64,000 nt of DNA. Origin: Ramazzottius varieornatus. Its lineage: Eukaryota; Animalia; Tardigrada. Positions 21,668 to 34,325 of this stretch are shown here, in pieces. The translations under genes were made by a program, and so were the position numbers. The DNA lies in assembly GCA_001949185.1 (NCBI GenBank), contig BDGG01000002.1, positions 5,942,448-6,006,447 of the forward strand, in the 5' to 3' direction. How positions within the stretch are numbered: position 1 is the stretch's first letter; each line of letters begins with the position of its first letter. The notes beneath the pieces are model-generated. The model made no database searches and had not been told where the DNA came from. It saw only the letters and a list, made by a program, of their open reading frames with translations.

Positions 21668-24342
21668 TCAAAGACTTACTCTTCCGCGTGCTCGGAAAAA
21701 CTGTCGGTTTTGTCCACCATTTTGCTGTTGAGGCCGTTCGCGACGACGCATCTGAGACTGTTGTCCATCCAGCACACATTCCAGGTCCTCCACTCGATGG
21801 ATCAGATTCAGCTTCTGCTGGATTGCCATCCGCAAAAGCGAGTTCAGGGTCCTCTTTTCCTCCTCAGCGGAGCGGATTTGTCGCTGGAGGTTCTCGATCT
21901 GTGTACAGTAGTCATCGCACCGCGCGCTCAACATGGAGCGAATCGAAGCGAAGGTGGCGGCATCTCTGTTAAATGAAACACAGACAGTCAACCAGGCAAC
22001 TTAACTGAGCCAAGATGTTCCTGACTAGGTTTCTTACTCTTTTCGCTGGTTGAGTTCTTTCCGAAGTTGTGATAGAGTCTTGCTGGAAGCCTCCTTTTCT
22101 GCCTCGTACTTCAGCTTCAGCGATGCTAGGGCATTATCGGCCGTAGTCTGCGTGGTGTTCAGTGCCTCCTTAAGGAGAGCTGTTTCGTCCCGTTTACGGG
22201 ACAGATGTGCTTTCAGACGGTCTATTTGTTCATGCAGATCTGTAACACTGTCACCCAAACCAAGCTGTGCTTCTTTGGAACGACCGGAAGACACGTTCAA
22301 CACGTTCTGACACTGATGCTTCAGATCGTCAAACGCGCTCATCAAAGTGTCCAAATCAGCGAAGACATCGATGTTAGCTGACTCGGGAAGAACCATGTCG
22401 GATAGTTCAGCGCGACCTACGAAAAAATGCGATCAAATCGAGTGAGTGTTTGGGACGTCGGCAAATGATCTGAGCACGATCGTTTTTCACAAGTGGCGCA
22501 CTATCGCAGTCTAAACGTGCGCCACCTGAAGTGGCAATCTGTTCAGTTCATTTTTTGATGCCTTAGTCTTCATTCCAGATTTGCGAGTATGTTAATACCT
22601 CTGATTTCTTCGGTGAGCTTCGAGGTTTGTGCATGCGGAAGCTGCGAGGAGCTGCCATCTTGTGAAGGTCCCGAAGGTTCAGTACTGCCACTACTGGGGC
22701 TCAACGAAGTCGAGAAGAGACTTCGGAGTGAGCGGATGGAGTCGTAGCATGAGTTGAGGGAGAGCTGCTTCTCGGCTAGCAGCTCACACATGGCTTCCAC
22801 TGTGGCACTTAGTCCGTTAACTTTGGCTTCCAGCGCCACCTGCTTGCTGCTACGCTTGCTGAGCTGCACCTGAACATCTTCCAAGAAGACGCTACGTTCC
22901 ATGTCACCGGAACTTGTGCACAGACCAATCACGTCGGTGGTGGCTTGCTGGACTGCCTTCTGAAGGTCTTCCAAGGGAGAGTCCGTGAGGACGAGGTCTA
23001 AGGTTCCGACGATCTTCAGAATCTGGTCCAGACGGTCTTTGTACTTCTGCAAGTCCGATGACAGCTCTCCGTCACTAGGATTAAACACCAGTATGAAAGC
23101 AAAGTTACTATACAGCATATCGTCAACAGCTTATCTTACTGATGACTGGGAGCTCAGCGAACAAACTCGACCAGAATGGTTTTTTTCAAGTGGTGCGTGC
23201 TATCAGTCAAAACCAATGAAAAGGTGCGCCACTTGAGAAATGATGTGGTCCATTTTGTTTGCCGAGCTCCTAATCCGGAACTGCATTCTGACCTGTATTG
23301 GACTTGGGAGATCTTCTGAAGTTCTTCAAAGAGATTCTCTGGCTGCGGCGTCTGCGGAACCACGGCCTGATCTTCATAGTCACCGTCCTCGAACTCCATT
23401 CTGAGCGTCTCCATCCGCTGCCATCTTTCCCTCTCATCCGTCTGATCGTGCAGCTGTCGCTGGGCGGTCCTCCGAAGTTCCCTTTCGTTTTCCAGCGTCT
23501 TCCAAGCCTCTTCAGCTTGAATCTTTACTATTTCGGTCAGGCGGCGCGACTCCTCCAGCTCGTACTGCAGTAGCTCGCGTTCCTCCAACAACTTCCTGGT
23601 CTCGAACTTCAGGCTCTCCAGATCTTTGGTCCTTAGCTCTAGTAGCGCAATGTGTTTGCGTAGATGCACGTTGTCCGTATGCAGTTCTTCGTTCTCCACC
23701 GTCATTGTCTTCTCCGACAGCCTGTAGTTTTGCAGTTCTTTATGCATTGCCTCGTGGTCATGCTTTAGCTGCTCGTTGTCTTCCGTCACTGCCTTCACCC
23801 ACTCCCTCAACTTCCCCGTCTCAGCGCCAGTCCTGAAAAGAAGATTCTTGTACGATTGCAGAACAACTAAATTCCGACATGGTGGACTCTTTAACATTCT
23901 CTGCTTTACCGATCGATCGTGGCTTTGAGCTGGCGGTTATCAGCTTCAAGGATGTGAATACGGTTGGTAAGGTCTTCCTCCACTTGCTCCTTCTTCTCCA
24001 GCAGTTCATTCTCGACTTCGATATCCAGCTTCGCAGCTTCAATTCGGGCATGACTGCTTCTCTCCAAAGCCTACAATAAAAATACAATCGTAACCGATCA
24101 CCATCACAGCTTCGGTTCTAACTATAAATATATATACGGACCTCTTTTAGACCATCTCGTTCAACCTTGACTCTGTCCAGTTCGCTTTCCAAGACTTCGA
24201 ACTGCTCCTCCAGATCACTCTTAGCTTCCAGCAGTTCCAGTCCTTTCTCCGCGCTTTCTTTCAGGCTTGCTTCAGCTGTCTGCAGCTCGTACTGGAGTTT
24301 CTCAATCTCCCGACGGGCAGCTTCCAGGTTAAAGATGTCCAT
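21668..24342 (-). CDS. BicD: Bicaudal-D dynein adaptor (~684 aa)
   Basis: Exons 24342-24142, 24070-23910, 23832-23293, 23074-22599, 22416-22038, 21965-21668. Coiled coil with CC1-box-like SAEKGLELL, Spindly motif LFEEL, and the hallmark CC3 LKLKYEAEK...KEDAATFASIRSMLSARCDDY...EEEKRTLNSLLRMAIQQKL. An alternative last splice (donor near 21679, stop at 21554) is possible. Confidence 0.92.
22452..22562. mobile_element. Palindromic MITE family A copy (BicD intron)
   Basis: GGGACGTCGGCAAAT...AAGTGGCGCAC-loop-GTGCGCCAC. Confidence 0.75.
23148..23270. mobile_element. Palindromic MITE family A copy (BicD intron)
   Basis: GGAGCTCAGCGAACAAA...AAGTGGTGC-loop-GTGCGCCACTT...TTTGTTTGCCGAGCTCC. Confidence 0.8.
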
Positions 24343-24924
24343 GTTCTAGAACACAAAGAAGCAAACTCGAGCTGGACTGCAGGAGAATGCTTCGTTGTGG
24401 TTGTCCCGTGCGACTACTGCAGGAGAAGACGGCGTGGGAACAAGCAGATGGGAAAACAATGGCAAAACACTTATGCAGTCGTAGTGTAGGTACGATATTG
24501 ATTTACGATTCGCATGTCGAGATCAGCTTCTAACTTGTAGTAAGATCAGACAGTAAACTTGGCCAAACGTACCTTTAGGCTCAGCAGACAATCAAATCCT
24601 CGTTAACACACTGAACACGACGGATCCACACTTCTGCAGCCTGTCGAACGTTCCATCAGTCTGCCAAATGGTAAGAGGGATATCATGGATCTACGCAGAT
24701 GATGTCTTGTGAGTCATGAACTTACAATAGGTCTAATTCAATAAAGGAGAAGAACTGATTCGAAGTTCATTCTGTAATTTTCAACCAAAACGCTAGCTTG
24801 CTTGGATGCAACGGAAACTGCCCACCATAAGGGGTGTCGACAACAGGTATGGCAAGCCGTGCTGGAAAACCCGCATACAACTTCTGACCAGCGGTGCGAT
24901 GTTGCATCAATTCCTGTTTCGGGA

Positions 24925-25080
24925 TTTCAGTTCGTATTCCAGTTCCTCAGTCGTGGGAGTTTCAGTTCCGGAATTCGTATTTCAGTTCTTTTGATTTCAG
25001 TTCCCGTTTTGGAAGATACAGCAGTTCCTATTCCAGTTCCAGTTGCGGAACGGGAACTGAAATCAATAGAACTGAAATAG
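24925..25080. repeat. Cluster of (TT)CAGTTCC motif repeats, with inverted GAACTGAAA copies
   Basis: Multiple ttcagttc/cagttcc units followed by ggaactgaaa and agaactgaaa; resembles transposon subterminal repeats. Confidence 0.6.
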
Positions 25081-25345
25081 TCGTAAAAGTTCCGCCATAC
25101 CGTATTTACCCATGTTGTACTCCAATGTTTTGAAATCAGTAAACCGTGGCCAAACGGCGTGATAGAGAACTTGCAATGAGGAGAAACTGCAACCAATTCT
25201 GATCCAATCCGCTGACCTTACCGTAGCAAACCTGCTCTTTTGATTGGCTGGCAGTGTTTCGTTCGGTCTCAATTCCCGTTCCATACTTCGGAATCAGACT
25301 TCGCCTTACTAACTTACTCTGCGGCTTACCCATATCATTGCTGCG

Positions 25346-25540
25346 TTTGCCATTCAGCAAAATACCGATATATCGACAATATATCGATATGGTGCGATAC
25401 GATATCGCCGAATATTTTATTGCGTTATTAGATATGAGCTTCATATCAATATCATCGATACGATATCTGCCGCATATTTTATCGCAAAGTTCCGGTATAT
25501 TTCGACACTAAATCGGTATACCGTATCGTTGCCAGCACTA
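25346..25540 (-). mobile_element. Truncated copy of the hAT-type ATCGAT-rich element (one end only)
   Basis: Closely matches the reverse complement of 33705-33900 and ends in the TIR GTTGCCAGCACTA. No matching other end or TSD was found. Confidence 0.85.
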
Positions 25541-26976
25541 ATAGCGACCACGACAACAGCAGACCAAACAATGCAGAACCATAGGTAGATAGACAGAGCT
25601 AACCACTAAACAAGGAATGAGGGATCGTTCTTTCCGCGTTCGTCCAGGTGCTCACTCGTCTGTTTCCATGTCCGACTGGCTCCGTCGTTCCCGGTTCGAT
25701 GCTCGAGCTAGTCCATGTGAGCGGTTGGATCCTTGCTGTCCGTCGCGAGGGTCTTCTTCGCAGACTTGGGCTCGCCCTCCGAACCTGGTAGTCCCGACGG
25801 GAGGTTGATCCGCCTGGCTCGGCGGGTCCCGGATGCATGGTAGGAGCTGGCTTGAGAGACGCGAAGGCTGGACGGCTGGATGGCCGGAGCGCCAGGGCTG
25901 ATGGATGAAACATCTGGTTGGGTCGTTGCAGTGGCTAGTTGGTTCGCTGTCATCCCTGTAGGATCACCACTCATCGGCTGTGAATCTCGGTTGACCGAGA
26001 GTTCCCAGCAGAGGCGTAAAACTATTGAAGCAGAAGTTGGGTGCTCGAACGACATTGGAAAGGGTGTAATTCATATGGAAAATATTGATTAACTGATTGC
26101 CGTTCCTGAGTCACTGGGGAAGTTGATATCAAAAAGTTCAAACTTGACTAGCATAGGAAATGTGATCCGCCCACTCGTTGCTCTAATCACGAGAGGTTGA
26201 GACTCGCTTATCGAAACCCGCGATCGGCTTAACTTTTCCGGAAGCATTTGCAAAACATGCACCATTTTTCGAAGATTAGCGCATATCGAGATAGTCAAAC
26301 TGAAAAAAATTTCGAATACAAATAGGCAAAAGGGTATGAGAGACTCTCAGTTCTGATTCTGAAAGCTGAACTGGATCAGTAGTTAAACTCTATTCTCTGA
26401 GATTAATCAGAGCCAAAGGCAAATTGAAGTTGAGAAAGTGGTTAAAGCCGCAGTTGAGGACACAGTGTTTATTCTGGTAAAGCCACAGTTAATCCTGAAG
26501 TTTAGGATGATTTCTTAAAGCTACTGTCACACCCACAGTTACAATGATAACTGTCAATCTGCTGTCTGATATAAAAGCCGCAGTTAAGCATGTAGTTATG
26601 AGTGCAGTTTGACGAATAATAGAGACTCATAGTAACTCAGGCCTTGAGAAACACGATTAGGACAGCAATTGGCACTTCATTGAGATATCTTGTGAGAAAA
26701 TCTAAAATTTGAGAAGAGTTTTGTTGGAAAGAAATGGCCGCAGAAAAGCTTAGTCAAAAAACTACTCAAATTCCTTGCTTCCGATATCTTGCTGAGATCT
26801 CCGATATCTTGCCTGACCTTTGTGTCGAACAGCTTCTCACTACGAACAAGAAAGAGAGTGTGAAATTAATGTCAAATTTCAAGCAGAAAATAACAGGCTT
26901 TTGCACAGGCAAAGAGAACGAGAACCGCCGTATGGTTGGTTAACAACAGAACAACTTACGAAACCATCGTCAGCCT

Positions 26977-27950
26977 CTACGTAAACGCGATCGCATTTCC
27001 AGGGACCCTTACGAACTCGTTCTCACACACCAGCAAAGGCATCTTTATATGTTTCTCGAACACCTGGACATCTGGTCGATAGTCGGAAACGTCTCGAACA
27101 ATGCTTACCAGGTCGGGCAACTTGAACCGATTGCCCAGACAAAACAGAAATTCTTGATTCCCTTGACGTTTTCTCTCGTTACCGAAGCTCAAAGTGTACT
27201 GGACAGTTCCAGAAGTTCTCCAAGTATGCATTTCCCCACAATAGACGGTAAAACGGTTACCTGTCGTCGATTGCACATGCGTTTTCTGGGAAATGCTATT
27301 ACAGAACACAATACGTCGAGCCTGGGAATTCGCGAGAGCTAGGGCCTTATGTATACAGCAGTCACGGTATCCATAAGGCCAGAGTCCTTCTGGATGGTCC
27401 ATGGTGGATGATCCATGGCGACTCAGGTGGACATCCCTGTGCCTGATAGCACCGTATTGTAAGTCTTAAACCCTCGACAGTCTTTCATGTGTTACATAGT
27501 ACGAAATCTCTCATTCTCCGCAGAGAGACCATCACTCCGGCTGGGAGCTCATATCCATCGGAAAGACCTCATGGGTCGATGTTGGCGGTAGAATCTCTCA
27601 AAGGAAAGGCTAAGGTGTGACTACCTCAAATACTCAAGCCCGTATCTCATTACCAACCTACTGTCGTCCGCAGAAAGGAGATCATGCAGATGGACTCAGA
27701 TGTCTCAGCCCAACCTGTCAAGTAGATGCTGAATTGGACTTGAGCGGTGGATTGATCGGAGATGATGAGCCACATCATCTCCTCGATTATCACGGCGAAA
27801 CTCAAGACTTGCACGGTGAAGAAGTCGGAAGGAAGAACTCGGCCGAACTGCGACAGGTTGCAATACCCTGTTACTTTAAAGATCGGTTATGGGTCAACGG
27901 TAATCTCCAAATGAATGCTCAGAATCCCCAAGGAATGCCGAGCACGAGGT
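26977..27950 (-). mobile_element. Decayed CACTA/EnSpm-like transposase relic (C-terminal part)
   Basis: Broken frames include GRVLPSDFF (compare PSEFSR) and a terminal ORF ending PLLVCENEFVRVPGNAIAFT. It is followed by repeated (AG)CC(G/A)CAGTT motifs at about 26445-26586 that look like subterminal repeats. Confidence 0.3.
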
Positions 27951-28049
27951 GAAAAGGGATTCACGTTGGTTGAGCATTTCTCAGGGGTTGAGCATCTATT
28001 CCTGCAGGATTTCTCGTTTCAGCATTTGAAAAGGTTTGATTAGTGATTG

Positions 28050-28310
28050 CTATCAGTCACGTGAAACATGTTGACGTCATCACGGAGGCTTTTTTTGCCT
28101 GGCGGCACAGGATTCACCACTAAAGCACCCAATCAGCATTCAGCCTTGCTGTTCTTAGTCACGCTCCACCGCGATGACGTATCAATGTACCACGACGTAT
28201 CGGCTTACGTCAGGTATCCGTCAGTTGGCGTTCGTTTGATTGACCGTTGCTGTTATCGGGTTGATTGGCTAAGTGTTTGAGTGATACTCCTGTTTGTGGC
28301 CTTGATTAGG
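28050..28310. promoter_or_regulatory. Putative bidirectional promoter between the transposase relic and the BEN-like gene
   Basis: Dense ACGT/CRE-like sites (TGACGTCA near 28072, TGACGTAT, CGACGTAT, TTACGTCA, CACGTG) and CCAAT boxes in both orientations (about 28129 and 28264). A donor at 28310 and acceptor at 28352 define a 5'UTR intron. Confidence 0.45.
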
Positions 28311-29623
28311 TGAATTACCTTCGTTTTAAACTGCTGCCTTTTTCTCCGTCAGATTATCTGTGCGAAGATGACACCCAAATGATTCCCCGTTGTTGATGAT
28401 CCGAAACCATATACTGTGAGGAAGAGGCTGAAGAGAGCGGCTGAGAAAGGACTACGAGATGCTGGGAGCGTTCGACGCCAGCGTGTCACGCCTGATCTGG
28501 AAGTTATTCCTCTGGAAGAGTCAGTTGACGAGGGGGTCACCCCAGCTGATCAACCTGCACTGGACCCAACTCATCGACACGATGTTGAAGGTAAGAAACG
28601 GAGAGAGGGGCCTTGGTGAAAGACAATGGCCAGCAGATGGGAAGTGGGTCGAGATGGCCTGACCGGAAGTGGCTGGCTGGTAGGTATGCGCGTCACCCTC
28701 TGAGCTTTCGACCTAAACGCTAAGCCCAGGGTTTCTTGGAACGACGTGGGAAACTAACGCGACGGTCGGAAGCGCCCACTTCCAGTCGGTTGACGCATGC
28801 GGCCGCCATTCCGGTTTGATCCGCTAAAACCATTTGCAGCACGTAGCGAGCGAGATATAAAAAACCTCGCAACCCTTGGTTGGCTTTAGATTATTCAGGC
28901 TAAACCCCGGGTAAGGACCGTGCCCTTCGGGTCGCCCCTGCTTTTGCTACACGGCCTGCCATACACTTTAGTTTCTTCAGCTTCGGTTGGTAGATTGGCT
29001 ATTTCGTCGGCATGAAATGAGACTGACGTTTTGAAAGTAAACTTCTCGGTCCGCCATGCGATACCTTCCTCCACATTCCGAGAAGAACGAGATCCCGATC
29101 TTGTACCGGATGTGAGTTCTATGTCTTATCTCTTTTGGCACCGACTTTGTGGAACTTGGTTCTAGGTGTGTGGGCGGCCGAAGGAAGCGAGAATGTCGGA
29201 TCATGACAACAGCGAACCTCCGCGTCGTCGACGCTCTGGATCCAGGAGCGGATCGAACTTCGAAGCTGCAAACAGTCCCCGTGAGTATCCATTTTGTGGA
29301 TCTCCGAACGCTACACGGACGTCTCGAGCAGGTAGTGTGTCGTCGGTATGTTCGGAAGCATTGTCGGAGGGAGGAAAGCGCTCGCTGCTGGAGAAGACAG
29401 CTGGGTTCGGCCCTGCGAGGATGGAGAAGATGTTGACAAGCCATCTTAGAAGTAAGGGGTAAATTCTTTCTTGTAGTGGTGTACAGATCGAAAGAATTGG
29501 CTGTTGCAAGCTATATGCTGCTGAAGACGGAGGATGGCATTACGCGGCCCGTAAATCCGTTCATCGGGATTTTGCCCAGCGGACCGTGTAAATGTGTGCC
29601 GAAATGTATTGAGCTAGAAAAAT

Positions 29624-29810
29624 GATACCTCGACGAACAAGCTTGACCAGACGAATTTCACGAGTGGCGCATACCTCCAGCCAATATTACTGGTGACGTG
29701 CACCACTTGGGAGGCAATCAACCTCACTAAAATCGTTTTGCCAAGTGGCGCAAACTTCCAGCCAATACCAGTGGTGACGTGCGCCATATGGTGAAACCAT
29801 CTTTTTGGGC
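29624..29810. mobile_element. Two tandem cores of palindromic MITE family A
   Basis: GAGTGGCGCA-loop-GTGCACCACTT followed by AAGTGGCGCA-loop-GTGCGCCA; both loops contain ttccagccaata-like sequence. Confidence 0.75.
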
Positions 29811-30863
29811 TGTTGCATGATGCATGCCTCGCTGTTGTAGCCATAAACACGGATCGAACCGTACCTTGGCCGTATACGGTCAAGTTCGATTTAGAAATGG
29901 TGCAGAATGAGAGCTATGCCGAAGACAGGTTTCGAGTTGGTGACTGGCTGATGACTATGTTGCCCAAGAATTTTGAACCGGATGGGACACGAAGGTGGCC
30001 TTCGTCGGGTCCAAATTATGGGTTTCCCGAAGAGCAATAAGCAGGCTAACGAAATGAAGGTGGTGTTGGATAAAGAACGTCTGGCAAGAATCAAGAAGCT
30101 GAAAAGTCTTACAAGCCTGCCGGTGAGTCACGTTGGATTTGCAAAGAGTGACGTTTTTGAATTCGATCAGGTTAATCATGGCTCCAATTGAAGATGTATG
30201 GAAGTCAGATGAAGGAATCAGAGGGAGAAAACGGTGTTGCACAACGGAAGTAAGGACCTGGTTTGAAACGGCGAATTGCGAAGGGGACACGACTTTCTGA
30301 GTCGACTAGACAAGCAAAGTAAGCTGTGTGGTTGAACCGCTTTAGTTATAACTGTGTGTAACTTAGTTGATAGTTTAATTGATTTCGTTAGCTGAATATG
30401 GATCTTGAGGTTCGTACGGTGTCTGTGTTTCAAATGATGGACGAATGAAATCAATGCAGCAGCAGAGTCCGGAAAGCTCCGCTAACACGAACAACGGAGA
30501 GTCTATGCATGCTGACGATCCCGATAACGGTGAGAGAGGTGGTACAGTAGTCTTATAAATTAAAGATAAAAGTCTGAAACTCTTACGGTGTTTACTCTAC
30601 TAGCGTACTAACCTATGTTGTCTGCATGGGATGGTGACCGCGTGAGACGATGAGGATCATGCATCAGTATTGCAGGATAATTTGATACGGAAGAATAATG
30701 TTTTGTAGATCGAAGCAGAGGACCATCTGGACTTGAGAGGGAGGATCTGCATTCGTCATCATCAACGAACCGAATAGTACGTTGTCTAGTGGCACTGGAA
30801 GAATGCGTAAGTGCAATGCAGGCCTTTTGAACGGGATGCTTTTGGATGCGTAAATGCACAGAT

Positions 30864-30968
30864 GAGACCTGGGCGGATGAAATTACCTAGATCGTTTCCC
30901 AAGTGGCACACACTCTCGGCCAAGAACACCAGAGATTGCGAACTTGGTATTTTATTTGCAGACGTCCC
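30864..30968. mobile_element. Palindromic MITE family A copy (partly deleted)
   Basis: GATCGTTTCCCAAGTGGCACAC...ATTTGCAGACGTCCC. Confidence 0.65.
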
Positions 30969-33704
30969 GGATTTGAAGCTTGTTTGTGGAAATTTAACGT
31001 CTTTGGTTCTATTTTCTGAATTTCTGTAGTAGGTGAAGGGAATGATGGACGCGATGTACAATTTCTGCTCTCGGTTCCAGAACCAGCGGGCTCAAAACAT
31101 GGCAATAAGACAAGTAAGAGGTTCGTATATGAGTCTCCAGTTTGTCGAAACTGCTCGCATCAATAAATTTATTTGGGGATTTTTTGAGCGGGATAAATTA
31201 GGTGAAATAAATTAATATTTTACAGTAAGTTATGCAAAGCGCATTAGGATCTTTCTTTCACAGGTCCATAAAGTTCGGCAGGAGGCAATGGAAAAGCGGA
31301 GAAAAGGAAGACTGACGGTGGTGCATCGGAAGGTAAGTGCACCCTCGAGTGACGCACATACCTACCAGCCAGCCCCTTCCGATCAGGCCAACTCGACCCA
31401 CTTCCCATCTGCTGGCCATTGTCTTTCACCAAGGCTTTTCTCTTTCCTGGTAGACAATGAAAACTCTACAATCTTTCACCTTGCTGTTCGTTTTCCAGAT
31501 TTCCTGGAAGACGAGTTCCTCATGGACCGGGGAACTATTCCCAAGAAAGACTTCGTCAGCTACATCATTACAAACATGACGAACCTCATGACCGGCCAGC
31601 AGCGGAAGGGTTACCCAGAACTGCCCGAAGATCGAAAGAATCTTCTCGTTAAGCACCTGGAGAACTGCTTCGAGACAGAAGCCACGGTGTTGGACGAAGA
31701 TGATGTCCCACCCCTGGAAGGCGAAGAATGCGATAACGACGAACTCCGTCTACCAGCGAAGAAAACCAAGACGTTCCTCATCAAGTCAGAGGCAGGCAGG
31801 AGCGGCAGTCCCGCAAAGGCCGTAGCATTCGTGCGGACGTACTTCAAGAAAGCAGCGTGGAAAGATAATAATTGGTACTTGAAGGTAAGTTTGAGAAATC
31901 CTGAACCGAAAACTAGAACAGACTGAATCAAACAACCAAGCTGGGATTCAGCCAAATATGGTTTTTTTCTGTTTGAACTGTCTTACCTCTTTTGAGCCTG
32001 TTATCACTTGGGCTCTTGAATCAAGATTCCTCGTTATCTTTACAGTTTCCTCAGTTTAAATAATTTGAACCGTCTTTGCGGTCTTGGTAGCCGATTACCA
32101 ATTGTTGTTTTTATTGTAATCTTATTCGCTCCTTTTCTGGAGCTTTTGTTGTTGGTAATTGTTATCTCCTTAATTTTGTCTCGCCTTTTCTGGCCCTGTG
32201 ATGTTGGCATTTTGTAGCCTTAGTTTTTCAGATCCTCCTGTACTCTGTCCGAAGTATTTTCCAGATTTTCATAAATTATTACTGTTGACAGGCTTGTGGC
32301 TACCAAATCAAATTTCCGCCGCTTAAAATCACGAACAGGAATGTAAAGGCAATGCTAAATGCGTGAATGCTGTAACAATCAACCATAAGCGAGAATCAAA
32401 CGACAAAGTCACTCGGATAACATTCTGACCATTCTGCAAATCCTACTTGTGGCAATGCTCAGATAACATTGCCTGTCCGAATCAACAACGAATCACATTA
32501 GCAATGCTGAACAAATCTTTTGTCCTTCAGCATTCAGCTTTGGGGTTTCTTCCGGGGTTCAGCTGACCGTCAAGTCAGAACGATACTGCAATCCTGCCCG
32601 ACCCCATCTCGCAACCCAACACTTTTCTCCTGGGTGGGCACAGGGTATCAAAGTCTGCGCGGTGTCTATCTTCCACAACCTCACAAAATACGAAGCTCGA
32701 TATTTTAAAGATTGCCTCATCTCGCGGTTTGCATCATGTGATTCGTTCTCTCTTCCTCTAAACCGCAATATCTCTTAGCGCTGTTCATTAACGTTTGTTC
32801 ACTTCTTACAGTTACGACCGGAAACAGCCTCACTAATAAGCGCATAAGCGTGGCTCATGGAGGCTTCCGAACGCTTAATTGACGACACCCCCGAACGCAG
32901 AATTCCAGTGCTTACCTGGCAAGCGCCGTCGTAACATCTGTCAAGATCTTTCAGATCATACGCTTAAGGAAGCATCGTTCACGCGAGAGCGCGCAAGAAC
33001 GATCCTGGCGTATCACGCTTCACCCATCTCTACCTCGACCTCCATTTTTCACAATCTGATTAATGCTTTTCCTGTTGATGATGGTCCCGCTTAGACGTTA
33101 CAAGATGGTTTGCCGGAATCTACTATCCCGTATGTTCGGTTTGTCCTGTTGTTTCATTCTCCTTTTCTTCCCCTCTCGCACATTTTTTACTTCGTTGATT
33201 CCATTCTTAAAGTTTGCGGTGTTACGTTGTATCTCTTGATCAGGTTGAACTAGTTATATATTTTATGCTTTTTTATCTGTTTTCGTTGTTATCGGTCACG
33301 ATACGGCTCAAATGAACAAGAAGATTCGAAGAAGCGCATTCGTTGGTGGGAGGGACTTCGGTCCCGGTCCCTAACTGGCGCAGTCATAGGTTACAACCTA
33401 CCCGTGTCAACCGGTGAGGGGTTCGCGTAGCTACCTATGCGCATTGCGTTACTCAGTCAAGGTGTTTTGAGAACAAACTTTCGGATTCGTGTCGGCGCAC
33501 TGATGAGCTGCTGTACCTGATGAAGAGTGGGACGCAGGCTCAATCGATTGATTGATTGATTGAGTTGCGCGAATGCTGAGGCGGAGCGAATATCCGCTAC
33601 CTCATCGACCGTACAACCAAATGAAGAAATGACGAAAATCAACTGAACAAACCTTTCCGTCGGACTCTCACGAGCAAGCACTGAAGCAAGCCATTACACC
33701 GGGC

Positions 33705-34325
33705 TAGTGCTGGCAACGATACGGTATACCGATATTGTATCGAAATATATCGAATCTTTGCGATAAAATATGCGGCAGATATCGTATCGAAAATATCGAT
33801 ATGGAGCTCATATCTAATAACGCAATAAAATATTCGGCGATATCGTATCGGGCCATATCGATATATTTTCGATATATCGGTATTTTGCTGAATGGCAAAC
33901 TCGCCAGTGATATCTCGTTTACAGAAGACCATGGTTGATTTCGAAGACTTGATATTGGCCATGGTGTACCGAGCACACTCCACCCGTTCGGCTCTGGTGC
34001 TAATTCTGTCCAGGTTTCCATATGTTTGAAGTCTTGGTGTAGCTACGTCTTTGCTGTATCCGACGCTCTCGATCTTACTATTACTTTATGTGAAAATCGG
34101 CTTCTTGAGTTTTTGGGCTTGAACCAGTGGAATTCCGAAAAACTAAAATTTCAGAAATATCGATATATCGCTGCGATATGATACGATGTATCGAAAATAC
34201 TGTATCGGAAAATTATCGTATCGAAATATCGATGTCGAATGAATATCGAAGACCGCAATAAAATATCCGTCGATATTGTATCGAAAAATATCGTATCGAA
34301 TTTTATTGTAGTTTTGCCAGTGCTG
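33705..34325 (+). mobile_element. Non-autonomous hAT-type DNA transposon, 621 bp
   Basis: 8-bp TSD CACCGGGC at 33697-33704 and 34326-34333. Imperfect TIRs TAGTGCTGGCAA / TTGCCAGTGCTG, with ATCGAT/TATCG-rich subterminal arrays at both ends. Confidence 0.9.

Larger units (their letters stand above)
28368..32063 (+). pseudogene. Spliced gene with PWWP/Tudor-like and BEN-like domains, inactivated
   Basis: ATG ACA CCC AAA TGA at 28368 has a stop at codon 5 inside an otherwise open exon to 28590. Phase-consistent exons follow: ...-30122, 30460-30529, 30709-30806, 31033-31113, 31264-31884, 32046-32063. FRVGDWLMTML...RRWP is PWWP-like, with a frameshift near 30005. NLMTGQQRKGYPELPEDRKNLLVKHLENCF...VRTYFKKA is BEN-like. 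Confidence 0.5.

Noticed and set aside
25599-26055. Ser/Pro-rich minus-strand ORFs
   Set aside because: They are low complexity, with no recognisable domain and no convincing gene structure.
28380-28382. In-frame TGA near SEPSECS as a selenocysteine codon
   Set aside because: The context MTPK*F fits a CGA->TGA mutation, the gene also has a frameshift, and I could not recognise a SECIS.
33352-33365. GGGAC-TTCG-GTCCC UUCG hairpin (a similar one at 28922) as a Helitron end, ncRNA or terminator
   Set aside because: It is an isolated short stem with no clear CTRR end at the expected distance, no U-tract and no larger fold.
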